Assembly: GCA_963808235.1 (NCBI GenBank)
Contig: CAWEEQ010000004.1
Coordinates: 896,001 to 960,000, forward strand
DNA length: 64,000 nucleotides
Direction: 5' to 3'
Source of the DNA: an uncultured delta proteobacterium
GTDB lineage: Bacteria; Desulfobacterota; Binatia; Binatales; Binataceae
Under the pieces are notes generated by a model, which was not told the DNA's origin, did not search any database, and saw nothing but the letters and a program-made list of their open reading frames with translations. Shown piece by piece: positions 50,011 to 60,190 of the stretch (positions within the stretch are counted from its first letter, which is position 1; each line of letters starts with the position of its first letter). A program made the position numbers and the translations under genes.

Positions 50011-50850
50011 ATGATCATGGCGACCGATTACAGCGATTATGAATTTCTGAAAGTTGAAGTAGCGGAGCGGGTCGCGACGATCACGATCAACCGGCCCGAC
50101 TCGCTGAACGCTGTCAACGCCGTGGTGCATCACGAGTTGGAGCAAATCTGGATCGACGTTCGCGCCGATCGCGAGATCAATGCGATCATCCTGACCGGCG
50201 CGGGCCGCGCTTTCTGCGCCGGCGGCGACGTCAAAGGCATGGCCGGTGGAAACCTGGTCGCGGGTGCGCCCCAGAAGGGAAAAGGCCGCGGACGCGGCCC
50301 GATCGCCGCCTCCAACGGGCGCCGCCTGGTCGACAATTTTCTCGACGTCGAGCAACCCGTCATCGGCGCAATCAATGGCGACGCGATCGGTCTCGGCGCG
50401 ACGCTCGCGCTGCTATGCGACATTATCGTGGTGTCGGAGAAGGCCCGCTTTGCAGGTACGCACGTCAAGGTGGGAATCGTCGCCGGCGACGGCGGCGCGG
50501 TCATCTGGCCGCTGCTGATCGGGCCGCATCGCGCCAAGGAATTTTTGATGCGCGGCAATTTCATCAGTGGCGCCGAGGCCGGCCGCATCGGGATGGTGAA
50601 CTATGCGGTTGCGCCGGAGCAGGTGATGCCCAAGGCGCGGGAGCTCGCGCAGGAACTGGCCGACGGCCCGACGCTGGCGATTCGATGGAGCAAGCTTGCG
50701 GTCAACAAGTGGCTCAAGCAGCAGTCCAACTTGATCATGGACGCCTCGCTCGCCTACGAGATGATGACCTTCAACACCAAGGATCATCAGGAGGCGATCA
50801 AGGCCTTCGTCGAAAAGCGCAAGCCCGATTTCGTCGGGCACAAGGAGTAA
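50011..50850 (+). CDS. enoyl-CoA hydratase/isomerase family protein
   Basis: NRPDSLNA, TGAGRAFCAGGD, AINGDAIGLG, AFVEKRKP. Confidence 0.92.
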   Translation: MIMATDYSDYEFLKVEVAERVATITINRPDSLNAVNAVVHHELEQIWIDVRADREINAIILTGAGRAFCAGGDVKGMAGGNLVAGAPQKGKGRGRGPIAASNGRRLVDNFLDVEQPVIGAINGDAIGLGATLALLCDIIVVSEKARFAGTHVKVGIVAGDGGAVIWPLLIGPHRAKEFLMRGNFISGAEAGRIGMVNYAVAPEQVMPKARELAQELADGPTLAIRWSKLAVNKWLKQQSNLIMDASLAYEMMTFNTKDHQEAIKAFVEKRKPDFVGHKE

Positions 50851-50853
50851 GGT

Positions 50854-51261
50854 TCAGCCGGGCGTCTTCTCGAACTTCGGGAGATCGTCGCGGACCGGCG
50901 CCCACGGCGGCGCGCTCTTCATATACACCTGTATCATCGGCTTGAACTGCGCGGGATCGTCGAGGCTGGCCGCCTTCAACGCGATGAAGTCCGCCATCGC
51001 GCCGATCAACGAAACAATCGGCGAGCCGCAGTTCGGACAAAATCCGCGGCTGATGGTGTTCCCGCTATCGCCCTTTACTTCGTAATGCTTCAGCTCGCCG
51101 CTTAGCTTCAATGCCGTCTTCGGAACGATCAGCACCGAGGCCATCGCGGTGCCCGTCGAGTGCTGGCAGTCTCTGCAATAGCAGTTGGCCGACATGATCG
51201 GATCGGCCGAGCATTCGTATCGAACGCGGCCGCACGCGCAGCCGCCTGTCACTGATGCCAT
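50854..51261 (-). CDS. GFA (glutathione-dependent formaldehyde-activating) family protein
   Basis: GGCACGRVRY, CYCRDCQ, FCPNCGSP; start ATG 51261 follows AGGAGG. Confidence 0.9.
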   Translation of the reverse strand: MASVTGGCACGRVRYECSADPIMSANCYCRDCQHSTGTAMASVLIVPKTALKLSGELKHYEVKGDSGNTISRGFCPNCGSPIVSLIGAMADFIALKAASLDDPAQFKPMIQVYMKSAPPWAPVRDDLPKFEKTPG

Positions 51262-51413
51262 CGAGTTGTCCTCCTGTGTCGCTATCCACAATCCCGCAAC
51301 GGTAACCCGAGGATCAAGGAAAAGCCGGCTCGTCGCTATCGTCCAAAAAGACGATGCCGCTCCTGGATCCTGTTGCCAGCATGGAACGACGGCTAATTGC
51401 CGGAGGGCAGGGC

Positions 51414-52484
51414 ATGGCGCTGACACATAAGATTGCGGCATCGCCGATCTCGGATCGTTACGCGCGCGGATGGCACTGCCTTGGCCTCGTTGCAGACTAC
51501 AAGGATGGCAAGCCGCACACGCTCAACGCTTTCGGCAGCCGCCTGGTCGCCTACCTGGGCGAGGACGGACAGGTTCACGTTCTCGACGGTTACTGCCCGC
51601 ACATGGGCGCCGATCTCAGCCGCGGCCAGGTGCGCGGCAACTCTGTGGTGTGCCCGTTCCATGCATGGAGCTGGGGCAGTGACGGCAAGTGCAACAACAT
51701 TCCCTATGCGAAACGGATCCCGCCCAAGGCGCGCGTGAAGGCATGGCCGACTTGCGAGCAGAACAAGCTGCTGTTCGTCTGGAACGATCCTGAAGACGCG
51801 CCGCCGGCCGATGAGGTCTCAATCCCGCGCATCGACGCCTGCTTCTCCAAGGAGTGGAGCGACTGGGTGATCGAGAAGTGGACGATCAATACCAACTGCC
51901 GGGAGCTTATCGACAACGTCGCCGACATGGCGCACTTCCCGGTCGTCCACGGCGCTCCGGTCGATTACTTCGCCAACGTATTTCAGGCGCACAAGGCGAC
52001 GCAGATAATGATCGGCAAGGGTACGCAGGGGAATAAGGGGAGCCTTGCGACCTGCGCGACCTACTTCGGCCCGGCCTATCAGATCACCGAGATGAAAGGC
52101 GAGATGGGTGGGTTTCCGATCGATTCCATCCTGCTCAACTGCCACGTTCCAGTCCATCTGAAGTCCTTCGATCTTCGCTTCGGGATGATTGTACGAAAGA
52201 TGGAAGGGTTGAGCGACGAGATGTCTCAGCAAATCGTCGGCGCTTACATTAAGGGCATCCAGCAGGGCTTCTACCAGGACGTCGCAATCTGGGATAACAA
52301 GGTCCGCATCGACAATCCCCTGCTATGCGATGGCGACGGGCCCATCTATAAGCTGCGCAAATGGTATCGGCAGTTCTACCTCGATGCCGCTGAGGTCCCC
52401 GAAGAAGTTCGCAAGCGCCAGGTAGTCGAGCTAAACGCCGGCCTTCCCGATCCGCCACCGACACATCACGTGTTCGAAGACTAG
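51414..52484 (+). CDS. kshA: 3-ketosteroid 9alpha-hydroxylase oxygenase subunit (Rieske)
   Basis: RYARGWHCLG, CPHMG..CPFH Rieske ligands, RELIDNVADMAHF..VH, YFGPAY, QDVAIW, DNPLLCDGDGP. Confidence 0.9.
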   Translation: MALTHKIAASPISDRYARGWHCLGLVADYKDGKPHTLNAFGSRLVAYLGEDGQVHVLDGYCPHMGADLSRGQVRGNSVVCPFHAWSWGSDGKCNNIPYAKRIPPKARVKAWPTCEQNKLLFVWNDPEDAPPADEVSIPRIDACFSKEWSDWVIEKWTINTNCRELIDNVADMAHFPVVHGAPVDYFANVFQAHKATQIMIGKGTQGNKGSLATCATYFGPAYQITEMKGEMGGFPIDSILLNCHVPVHLKSFDLRFGMIVRKMEGLSDEMSQQIVGAYIKGIQQGFYQDVAIWDNKVRIDNPLLCDGDGPIYKLRKWYRQFYLDAAEVPEEVRKRQVVELNAGLPDPPPTHHVFED

Positions 52485-52491
52485 CTCCTCT

Positions 52492-52551
52492 CCTTACCTC
52501 GCCCGTTTAACGGGAGAGGACGCCGACCGCCTTGGCGGTCGGTAGGTGAGG
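52492..52551. repeat. intergenic palindromic (REP-like) element, possible terminator
   Basis: cctcgcccgt-tta-acgggagagg and ccgaccgcc-tt-ggcggtcgg, closed by ccttacct/aggtgagg. Confidence 0.65.
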
Positions 52552-52632
52552 TTCTGCGCACCAGCGAGGCGCGCGCTTTCCATCGTTCTTCCGTCCCCAT
52601 CGCATATCGCAGTTATCGACGCCTTGGCGTAG

Positions 52633-53820
52633 ATGTCATGGATGCGCAAACTGGCTCAGCGCGAGCGGAGCGATTCGTCTTCCAACGGCGCGCTCTCGTT
52701 GTCGCTCGCCGATTTCAGCGAACTGCTCGCCGCGATCTACGAGGGCCCGCTCGAAACGGTGCCGTGGAAAAGCGCGCTCGATCTTCTCCGGCGTCATCTG
52801 CGTGCCAGCTACGTCACGCTCATGCTGCGGCCACCCTCCGCCGATCGAGAGGCGCTGATGGTGAACTCGTCAGGGGATCTGCCGGTCACTCGCGAAGCTG
52901 AATACAACAAGCACTACTATGCGCTCGATCCCTTCGTCGATTTGCCGCAGGACCGCGTCGTCACGGTGAATGAACTGATCGGTGACGCGAACTGGCGCGA
53001 GAGCGAGTTCTACAAGCAGTTCTTGAAGCCGCTCGACATCCTTCATGCCCTCGGCGCGGACATCCGCACCGAAGACGGTGTCGAATGCCGGCTTCGCATC
53101 GCCCGGCCCCATCGCGAGCCCCCATTCTCGAGCAACGACAAGCTGCTATGCACGGTGATTCTGCCGCATCTGAAGCGCGCGGTGCGTCTGCATTCGCAAC
53201 TCGAACTTATCGATTCCGAACGTCGCCTCTATGCGGGTACCGTCGATCGCATGCTCGTCGGCACGGTTACGCTCGACGAGACCGGCCGAGTCGTGAAGAG
53301 TAACCCGGTCGCCGACAACATCTTGCGCGAAGGCGACGGGCTGCACCTTGCGGGTGGCGTGCTCCGCGCCGACCTTGCCGCGGAAAATCGCGAACTGAAT
53401 CGGCTGGTGAAGCAGGCCCTCAACGGAGAGAGCGGAGGCAGGCCGGCCGTCGTCGAGGCTATCTCGATCACTCGCAAATCGGCTCGCGGCAAGCTTGGTG
53501 TGCTGATTCGGAGCCTGCCGCACACCGGCTGGTCGAAGGGCAAGCGCGTGCCCTCGGTTGCGCTTTTCATTCGTGACACGGCGCGCAAGTCGGAAGCTTC
53601 CGGCGAGATGGTTCGCCGATTGTTCGATCTCACTCCGGCCGAAGCGTCGCTTGCGCTGGCTCTCGCCAATGGACTCACTCTCGACGAGGCCGCCGATCAA
53701 CTCCACATCCGCAAGAACACGGCCCGCGCCCATCTGCGCGCGATATTCTCGAAGATCGGCGTGACGCGACAGACCACGCTGGTCCGCGTGCTGCTCAGCA
53801 GCGTCGTCTGGCTCGGCTGA
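52633..53820 (+). CDS. LuxR-type HTH transcriptional regulator with N-terminal sensor region
   Basis: C-terminal LTPAEASLA..GLTLDEAA..NTARAHLRAIFSKIGVTRQ; PHLKRA motif. Confidence 0.88.
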   Translation: MSWMRKLAQRERSDSSSNGALSLSLADFSELLAAIYEGPLETVPWKSALDLLRRHLRASYVTLMLRPPSADREALMVNSSGDLPVTREAEYNKHYYALDPFVDLPQDRVVTVNELIGDANWRESEFYKQFLKPLDILHALGADIRTEDGVECRLRIARPHREPPFSSNDKLLCTVILPHLKRAVRLHSQLELIDSERRLYAGTVDRMLVGTVTLDETGRVVKSNPVADNILREGDGLHLAGGVLRADLAAENRELNRLVKQALNGESGGRPAVVEAISITRKSARGKLGVLIRSLPHTGWSKGKRVPSVALFIRDTARKSEASGEMVRRLFDLTPAEASLALALANGLTLDEAADQLHIRKNTARAHLRAIFSKIGVTRQTTLVRVLLSSVVWLG

Positions 53821-53834
53821 TCGCGTTTAGTGCT

Positions 53835-54278
53835 CTAGGCGTTTGATCTGGCCAGCGCCTCGATTTCAGCGATCAGAAGTGGAATCGCACGACGCAGATT
53901 GCGTTGATAGATACTGGCGAAGACTGTGCCCAGGATCGCTACCTGCCAGCCCGATCCGTCGACGGTGAACCGCACCCGAGTCCGACTCGGCGCGACTTCG
54001 GAAAACACGTGATCGTAAAAGATTTGCGCGCCCAAAAGTGAGCCGCTCCACTTCCAATGAAGTGGCGGCGCGAACTCAATCATCTTGAAAGTCGAGGTCA
54101 TTCCATTAGTGAGGCGGAGCGTCGCCTGCGTGTCGATGGACAGAGGACCTGATGGAGTCTTGACGACCGACTTGATGTGCCTGGCCCAAGTCGGCCAGCT
54201 GTCAACTTGTGCGAGATGATCCCACACGAGGCTCGGCGGCGCTGCGGCCTCAAAACTCTCGTCGATCAGACGTTTCAA
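53835..54278 (-). CDS. SRPBCC/polyketide cyclase family protein
   Basis: APPSLVWDHLAQVDSWPTW, about 145 aa; start uncertain. Confidence 0.75.
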   Translation of the reverse strand: MKRLIDESFEAAAPPSLVWDHLAQVDSWPTWARHIKSVVKTPSGPLSIDTQATLRLTNGMTSTFKMIEFAPPLHWKWSGSLLGAQIFYDHVFSEVAPSRTRVRFTVDGSGWQVAILGTVFASIYQRNLRRAIPLLIAEIEALARSNA

Positions 54279-54309
54279 GGTGCAACACTCTGTGACCGAA
54301 TCGTCGCCG

Positions 54310-54747
54310 CTACGGCGAGCGAATGTAGTTCCGCAGTTCCTCGGCTTCGGACTGAACTTCTTCGAGACGCTGCTTCACGACGTCGCCGATGCTGACGATT
54401 CCATGAAGTGCTCCATCCTGGATGACTGGCAGATGCCGGATCCGCTGATGCGTCATCACCTCCATGAGATCGACGAGTGGATCCTCGGACGAGCAGGTCT
54501 TGACGTCGCGGCTCATCAATTGATCGGCCGCCAGAGTCAGCACCGCCTCCGCATGCTCCGCCATCCCGCGCACGATGTCGCGCTCGGAGATGATGCCGAT
54601 GATTTGACCTTTCTCGTTGACTACCGGCACCGCGCCGATTCGATTTTGCGCGAGCACCCTGACGATCGCCGTGACCGTCTGATGCGGTGTGACGGTGACG
54701 ACATCATGACCTTTGTGCTTCAGGACCGACGAAACCTTGGTTCCCAT
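54310..54747 (-). CDS. CBS domain pair protein
   Basis: IGAVPV..GIISERDIV, IRHLPV..GIVSIGDVVK; start ATG 54747. Confidence 0.92.
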   Translation of the reverse strand: MGTKVSSVLKHKGHDVVTVTPHQTVTAIVRVLAQNRIGAVPVVNEKGQIIGIISERDIVRGMAEHAEAVLTLAADQLMSRDVKTCSSEDPLVDLMEVMTHQRIRHLPVIQDGALHGIVSIGDVVKQRLEEVQSEAEELRNYIRSP

Positions 54748-54913
54748 GTTTCGACCTCCCTGGCCGCGGTCGTCTTGGAGCGGCTCTCCAAGATTACAAA
54801 AGCGCCATGACCAGCGCAAAAGCAAGGGCGAATGCTCCGGGGCGTTGCGGTGCGGGCCGCTATGATTTCGCGAGTCGGGACGATAGGTTCTTGGCGACGG
54901 ACTGTGAACTCCA

Positions 54914-57900
54914 ATGAAGTGCCCGTCGTGCAAGTTCGACAATCCAGACGTTGCGCGGTTCTGCGAGCAGTGCGGGACTCCGCTCGAACTGAGATGCCCG
55001 CGCTGCAGCGCGACCGTGTCGGCGGGCGCGCGATTCTGCGGCTCGTGCGGGAACCAGCTCGCAACGCCTGAAGGTCCATCTCTCGAACTCTCACAACCAG
55101 GACCGCGTGCGACCGGCAGCATCCTGGCCAATGCATTCGTTCCGGACGTCCCCGGCCATCTTGTCCAGAAGATCCTGAGCGGGCGCGCAGCGCTGGAGGG
55201 CGAGCGGCGGCAAGTGACCGTCCTGTTCGGCGATATCGCGAACTTCACCGCGCTCAGCGAGAAGCTCGATCCCGAGGAAGTCCATCGCATCATTCAGCGC
55301 TGCTTCGAGCTGATCGCCGCCGAAATTCACCGCTTCGAAGGCACCATCAACCAGTACGGTGGCGACGGGTTCATGGCGCTGTTCGGAGCACCGATCGCGC
55401 ACGAGGACGCGGCGCGGCGAGCTGTGCATGCGGCGCTGGCTATTCAACGCGCGCTCGGAGCATTCGGCAAGGACTTGGAGCGAACGAGCGGGCTGGTCGT
55501 GCAGATGCGCATCGCGCTCAACACCGGAATCGTCGTTGTAGGCCGGATCACCGACGATTTGCGCATGGACTACACCGCTATCGGAGACACGATCAATCTT
55601 GCCTCACGGCTCCAGTCCGCCGCGCGTCCGACCAGCGTCGTCATCAGTGAAGCGACTCATCGGGCGATCGAGGGGTTCTTCGACACCGTCGATTTGGGCG
55701 AACTGCAGATCAGAGGTCATGCCGCCGTGCGCGCCTTCGAAGTGACGGGGGCTCGCTCGCGGCGGACGCGATTGGAGGTGACTGCGGAGCGTGGGCTCAC
55801 TCCGCTGGTCGGTCGGGAGAGGGAACTTGCGGCGCTCAAGGATCTCTTTCGCGAAGTGCGCGGCGGACGCGGGCAGATTGTGTTCATCGCGGGCGAGGCG
55901 GGGATTGGAAAGTCGCGGCTACTGCTCGAGTTTCGCCGCAGCCTCGAAGCGTCCAGCGATCCAATCACCTGGCTCGAAGGGCGATGCGTCTCGTTCGGCC
56001 AGAGCACGCCGATGCTACCCCTGATCGACCAGCTGCATGAGAACTTCGGGATCCGCGAGGGCGATGGCGAGCCCGAACTGATCGCGAAGGTCGAACAGGG
56101 GATGCGCGCGATGGGCGGGCTCGAGGCCGAGATTTCATACGTCCGGTATCTCTTCTCTGCCGACCCCGGCGATCCAGCGGTAACGGCCATGGATGCGTCA
56201 GCGCGGCGAAAGCGCTTGTTCGACGCGTTGCGCGCGCTGATGCTGCGCGGCGCGGCACTCAGACCCCTGGTCCTGGTGTTCGAGGACCTCCATTGGAGCG
56301 ACACCAGCACACACGAATATCTGGATTTCGCGATGGACTCGGTCGCCGGCGCGCGGGTGATGATAATACTGACGCATCGCCTGGAGCAGACCCATTCCTT
56401 TCCGAGTCGAAGCTTTCATACCACTTTAAATCTTCACCACCTTTCCGGAGCGCAAGCCCTGGAGATGGCGACCTGCGTGCTCGGAGTCGCCGATTTTCCC
56501 GAGGAACTCAAGACTGCGCTCGAGCAGAAGGCCGAAGGAGTGCCTCTATTCGTCGAGGAGATGACCAAGTCGCTCGTAGACCTGGGCTTTCTTGCGCGTG
56601 AGAACGGGCACTACCGGGTGACCAAGGCGCTCGAGGATTTGAGCGTTCCCGACACGATGCAGGACATTATCATGGCGCGTCTCGATCGGCTTGGCGGCGA
56701 CGGGAAGCGAATGGTTCAGCTTGCGTCGGTAATCGGCCGCCAATTCGTGGTGAGACTGCTCGAGCGGGTGGCGGGACTGACGGGCAAGCTCGAGGGACTG
56801 CTCGGCGAACTGAAGGCGCTGGAGATCATCTACGAGCATGGACTGCTCGCCGAGCCGGCGTACATCTTCAAGCACGCCGTTATTCAGGACGTTGCCTATA
56901 GCAGCCTGCTCGTCCAGAGCCGCAAAGACCTTCATCGGGGTGTGGGCGAGGCGATTGAGGAACTTTACCGCGACCGCCTGACCGAGCACTCCGCCGAACT
57001 CGCGCATCACTTCACCCGCGGCGAGGATTGGTCAAAGGCGATGCAGTACAGCGCACTCGCGGGAGACGAAGCTGCGCGCGTCTTTGCGAACGTGGAAGCG
57101 AAGAAGCACTATTTTAATGCGCTCGACGCCGCGGCGAAGCTTTCCGCACCTCCGGATTGGGAAGTCCTTCTGACGCTCCATTCCAAGTACGCTGAAATTC
57201 TGCTGAATCTGAGCGAATACGACGATGCCGCCGCGGAGTATTTGAAGGCATTGGAGCTGGCGCGAGGCGCGGGCGATCGGCGCCGCGAAATGGAGGCGAT
57301 GGTCTGGGTCAGCGCGGCTTATGATTATTCGCATCGTGGCGAGCCTGCGATCGCCTACAACGAGCAGGCATTCGCGATCGCAAGGGAACTTGACGACCGC
57401 GAATATCAAGCAATTTGCCTCGCCAGCAGGGTCGCGATCCGCACCGCCGGGTGGGGTCAGATCGTCGAGACCACCGCCGATGCTGAAGAAGCTCTTCGTC
57501 TGTCCAAGGAGATTAAGAACCAGCCGTTACTCGCGAGATCGCTGGTGTACTTGGGCGGAGCACTGCAGTGGCGCGGCGAGTTTGACCGAGGATTGGCCCA
57601 TCTGAAGGAAGGCACCGAGCTGGCTCAGAAGATTCACTCGGGCTTCAACTATGGTTTCGGCGTCTTCCTGAGCGGGAACGCGCACCTGTCCAAGGGCAAC
57701 TACGAGGAGGCTCTGCGCTGTTACAAACGCGTGAGCGACTATGGCGCTGCGGCTGGCGACAAGTTCTGGATCGCGCGGGCGCCCAACCTGATCGGCGCGG
57801 TGCACCTGGAACTCTACGACCTGGATGTTGCAGTGGAACGCAACCTTGAGGCCGAAGAGATTGCGAGAGCAGCGTGGCCGTGGCCGGAGCCGCGCGGGCA

Positions 57901-58468
57901 TTCGTGGCTGAAAGTCGGCCTAGGTCATCTTGAAAAAGATCAGCACGGTAAGGCCGAGGAATTCCTGCAGCGTGCCTGGAATTTGTTGGAGGAGGACACC
58001 TGGTATCGGTGGCGCTGGCACATTCCGTTGCTCCGTGCCCGCGGTGCGCTGGCGCTCGCGGAGAAGCGCTTGGACGATGCGTGGAAGTTCGCGACGGAGT
58101 CGTTCGAGATGGCGTCAAAAAGCGACTCGCGCAAGCACATCGCGCGCGCCCGGCGGCTCCAGGGGATGGTACTCGCCGCCAACGGCCGGCTCGAAGACGC
58201 GGTAGGAACTCTCGAATCGTCGCTTGCTCTCGCGGAGCAAATCGGAACTCGTCCTGATGTCTGGATGGCGCGATGCTCCCTCGGGCAGGTTCTGCTCAAA
58301 CTGGGCAGAGATCGGGAGGCGGAGGAGCAATTCACCGGCGCGCTTCGGACGCTCGAATCCATCGCGAACAACCTGCACACGCAAAGCCTGAAGAAGGCGC
58401 TGCTAGCGTCCCAGCCGGTTGCCGAGCTCTATTCGACGCTCGGCCGGAGACCGCCTACGGTCGATTAA
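54914..58468 (+). CDS. double zinc ribbon - class III nucleotide cyclase - STAND ATPase - TPR protein
   Basis: CPSC/CEQC/CPRC/CGSC; LFGDIANFT, GDGFMALFGAP, GDTINLASRL; GEAGIGKSRL, FEDLHW, GVPLFVEE; TPR-like C-terminus. Confidence 0.92.
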   Translation: MKCPSCKFDNPDVARFCEQCGTPLELRCPRCSATVSAGARFCGSCGNQLATPEGPSLELSQPGPRATGSILANAFVPDVPGHLVQKILSGRAALEGERRQVTVLFGDIANFTALSEKLDPEEVHRIIQRCFELIAAEIHRFEGTINQYGGDGFMALFGAPIAHEDAARRAVHAALAIQRALGAFGKDLERTSGLVVQMRIALNTGIVVVGRITDDLRMDYTAIGDTINLASRLQSAARPTSVVISEATHRAIEGFFDTVDLGELQIRGHAAVRAFEVTGARSRRTRLEVTAERGLTPLVGRERELAALKDLFREVRGGRGQIVFIAGEAGIGKSRLLLEFRRSLEASSDPITWLEGRCVSFGQSTPMLPLIDQLHENFGIREGDGEPELIAKVEQGMRAMGGLEAEISYVRYLFSADPGDPAVTAMDASARRKRLFDALRALMLRGAALRPLVLVFEDLHWSDTSTHEYLDFAMDSVAGARVMIILTHRLEQTHSFPSRSFHTTLNLHHLSGAQALEMATCVLGVADFPEELKTALEQKAEGVPLFVEEMTKSLVDLGFLARENGHYRVTKALEDLSVPDTMQDIIMARLDRLGGDGKRMVQLASVIGRQFVVRLLERVAGLTGKLEGLLGELKALEIIYEHGLLAEPAYIFKHAVIQDVAYSSLLVQSRKDLHRGVGEAIEELYRDRLTEHSAELAHHFTRGEDWSKAMQYSALAGDEAARVFANVEAKKHYFNALDAAAKLSAPPDWEVLLTLHSKYAEILLNLSEYDDAAAEYLKALELARGAGDRRREMEAMVWVSAAYDYSHRGEPAIAYNEQAFAIARELDDREYQAICLASRVAIRTAGWGQIVETTADAEEALRLSKEIKNQPLLARSLVYLGGALQWRGEFDRGLAHLKEGTELAQKIHSGFNYGFGVFLSGNAHLSKGNYEEALRCYKRVSDYGAAAGDKFWIARAPNLIGAVHLELYDLDVAVERNLEAEEIARAAWPWPEPRGHSWLKVGLGHLEKDQHGKAEEFLQRAWNLLEEDTWYRWRWHIPLLRARGALALAEKRLDDAWKFATESFEMASKSDSRKHIARARRLQGMVLAANGRLEDAVGTLESSLALAEQIGTRPDVWMARCSLGQVLLKLGRDREAEEQFTGALRTLESIANNLHTQSLKKALLASQPVAELYSTLGRRPPTVD

Positions 58469-58472
58469 CCGC

Positions 58473-58859
58473 TCATGCCGAAAGCAACACGGCGATCGAT
58501 AGGGCTATTCCAGTGAGATAAGTTCCGACTGCCCCGACGAAGCGCAGCGGTTGCGGCTTGTCGAGCGTCGATGAAAGCAGGATGCCCGCCGCGATCGCGT
58601 AGCGGCTTGCCACTGCGAGAACCATCACGCACAGCACCCATGTTGAGGGATTTCGCACTCCGCAGACCAGGATGAGCACCGCCATCATCGGCGCATACTC
58701 GGCGGTGTTGCCGTGCGCCCGAACGCGCCTGAAGAATGGATCCGCGGGATCTGACGGATACGCCCCCGCCTTGTCGCCCCCGCGTGCCGCCGACACATAG
58801 AGACCGAGCGCGAACAAAAGAAGCCCGAGCAGCGCCGTGCATACGATTGCTGTCGCCAT
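58473..58859 (-). CDS. MAPEG family membrane protein
   Basis: RAHGNTAEY, three to four TM helices, GAGGAAA RBS. Confidence 0.85.
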   Translation of the reverse strand: MATAIVCTALLGLLLFALGLYVSAARGGDKAGAYPSDPADPFFRRVRAHGNTAEYAPMMAVLILVCGVRNPSTWVLCVMVLAVASRYAIAAGILLSSTLDKPQPLRFVGAVGTYLTGIALSIAVLLSA

Positions 58860-58994
58860 AGTTTTTCCTCCCTCTCCCGGTTAGTAGTCTTTTCGGACGA
58901 TGAATCCATGGGCGGCGCGATGCAACCATCGCTGTCTGATCGATTCACAATAGGTTCACGCGCGGTTATGGGAATATCGGGGGAATCTATCCGG

Positions 58995-60190
58995 GTGAAA
59001 ACCGGCACCGACAGCGACCGGACTGACCTCGCCAAGTCCTTGCTGGCGCGAGCACGCGAGATGGTGCCGATTCTGGCCACGCGCGCCGCGAACGCCGAGC
59101 GCACTCGCTCGATTCCCGCCGAGACGATCGCGGACCTTAAGCAAGCCGGTTTCTTCCGCGTAATCCAGCCCCAGCGCTATGGCGGCTACGAACTCGATCC
59201 CGGCCTCTTCTTCGACATACAGATGACGCTCGCCGAAGGATGCATGTCCACTGGATGGGTCTACGGCGTGGTCGCGGTGCACAACTGGCAGTTGGCGTTG
59301 TTCGATCCTCGCGCGCAGGAACGACGTCTGGAGCGAGGACAGTTCGATCCTGATCGCGTCGAGCTACATGCCAAAGGGACAGGTCGAGCGCGTTGATGGA
59401 GGCTTTCGATTCAGCGGGCGATGGAGCTTTTCGAGCGGCGTCGATCACGCGAGCTGGCTCTTCCTCGGCGGTATCGTGTCGTCGAAAAATGGCGTCCCCG
59501 ACTATCGAACCTTCCTCGTCCCGCGCTCCGACATTGAGATCAACGACAACTGGCACACCGTCGGACTCAAGGGCACCGGCAGCAAGGAAGTCGTCATCGA
59601 TGGCGCGTTCGTTCCCGAGTATCGAACGCATCGCGCAATCGACGGATTCGCGGGAACCAGTCCCGGCTTGAGCGCCAATCCGGCGCCGCTGTATCGGCTG
59701 CCCTTCGGGCAGATCTTCGTGCGCGCCGTTTCGACTGCGTCGATCGGCGCGTTGCAGGGCGCGCTCAATGCGTTTCGCGAGTACGGCTCTCGGCGCGTGA
59801 GTATCAACGACCAGGGCCGCACGGCTGAGGATCCCGCCGCCGCGCTCGCCGTGGCCGATGCCGCGCTCGCGATCGACGACATGAAGCTCGCATTGCATCG
59901 AAACTTCGCCGCCATGATGGCGACGCTGCGCCGCGGCGATGCGCTCGACGTCAACGACCGCATTCACTACCGCTATCAATCTGCCGCCGTCGCCGGCCGA
60001 TGCGCCGAGCACATCGATCGCTTGTTCCACAGCTTGCGGAGGGCAGGGCATCTACGCCGACAATCCCATCGCGCGATTCTTCGTGGACATCCACGCGGCG
60101 CGCATGCACTACGCCAACAATCCCGACAAATTCGGGCGCAACTACGGCGGCGTCCTGCTCGGACTCGGCAACACCGACTTTTTCATATGA
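58995..60190 (+). CDS. flavin-dependent monooxygenase oxygenase subunit (HsaA-like), with two apparent frameshifts
   Basis: QPQRYGG, GWVYGVVAVHNWQLALF, GRWSFSSGVDHASW, WHTVGLKGTGS, RFFVDIHAARMH, spread over three frames (shifts near 59320 and 60034). Confidence 0.82.
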
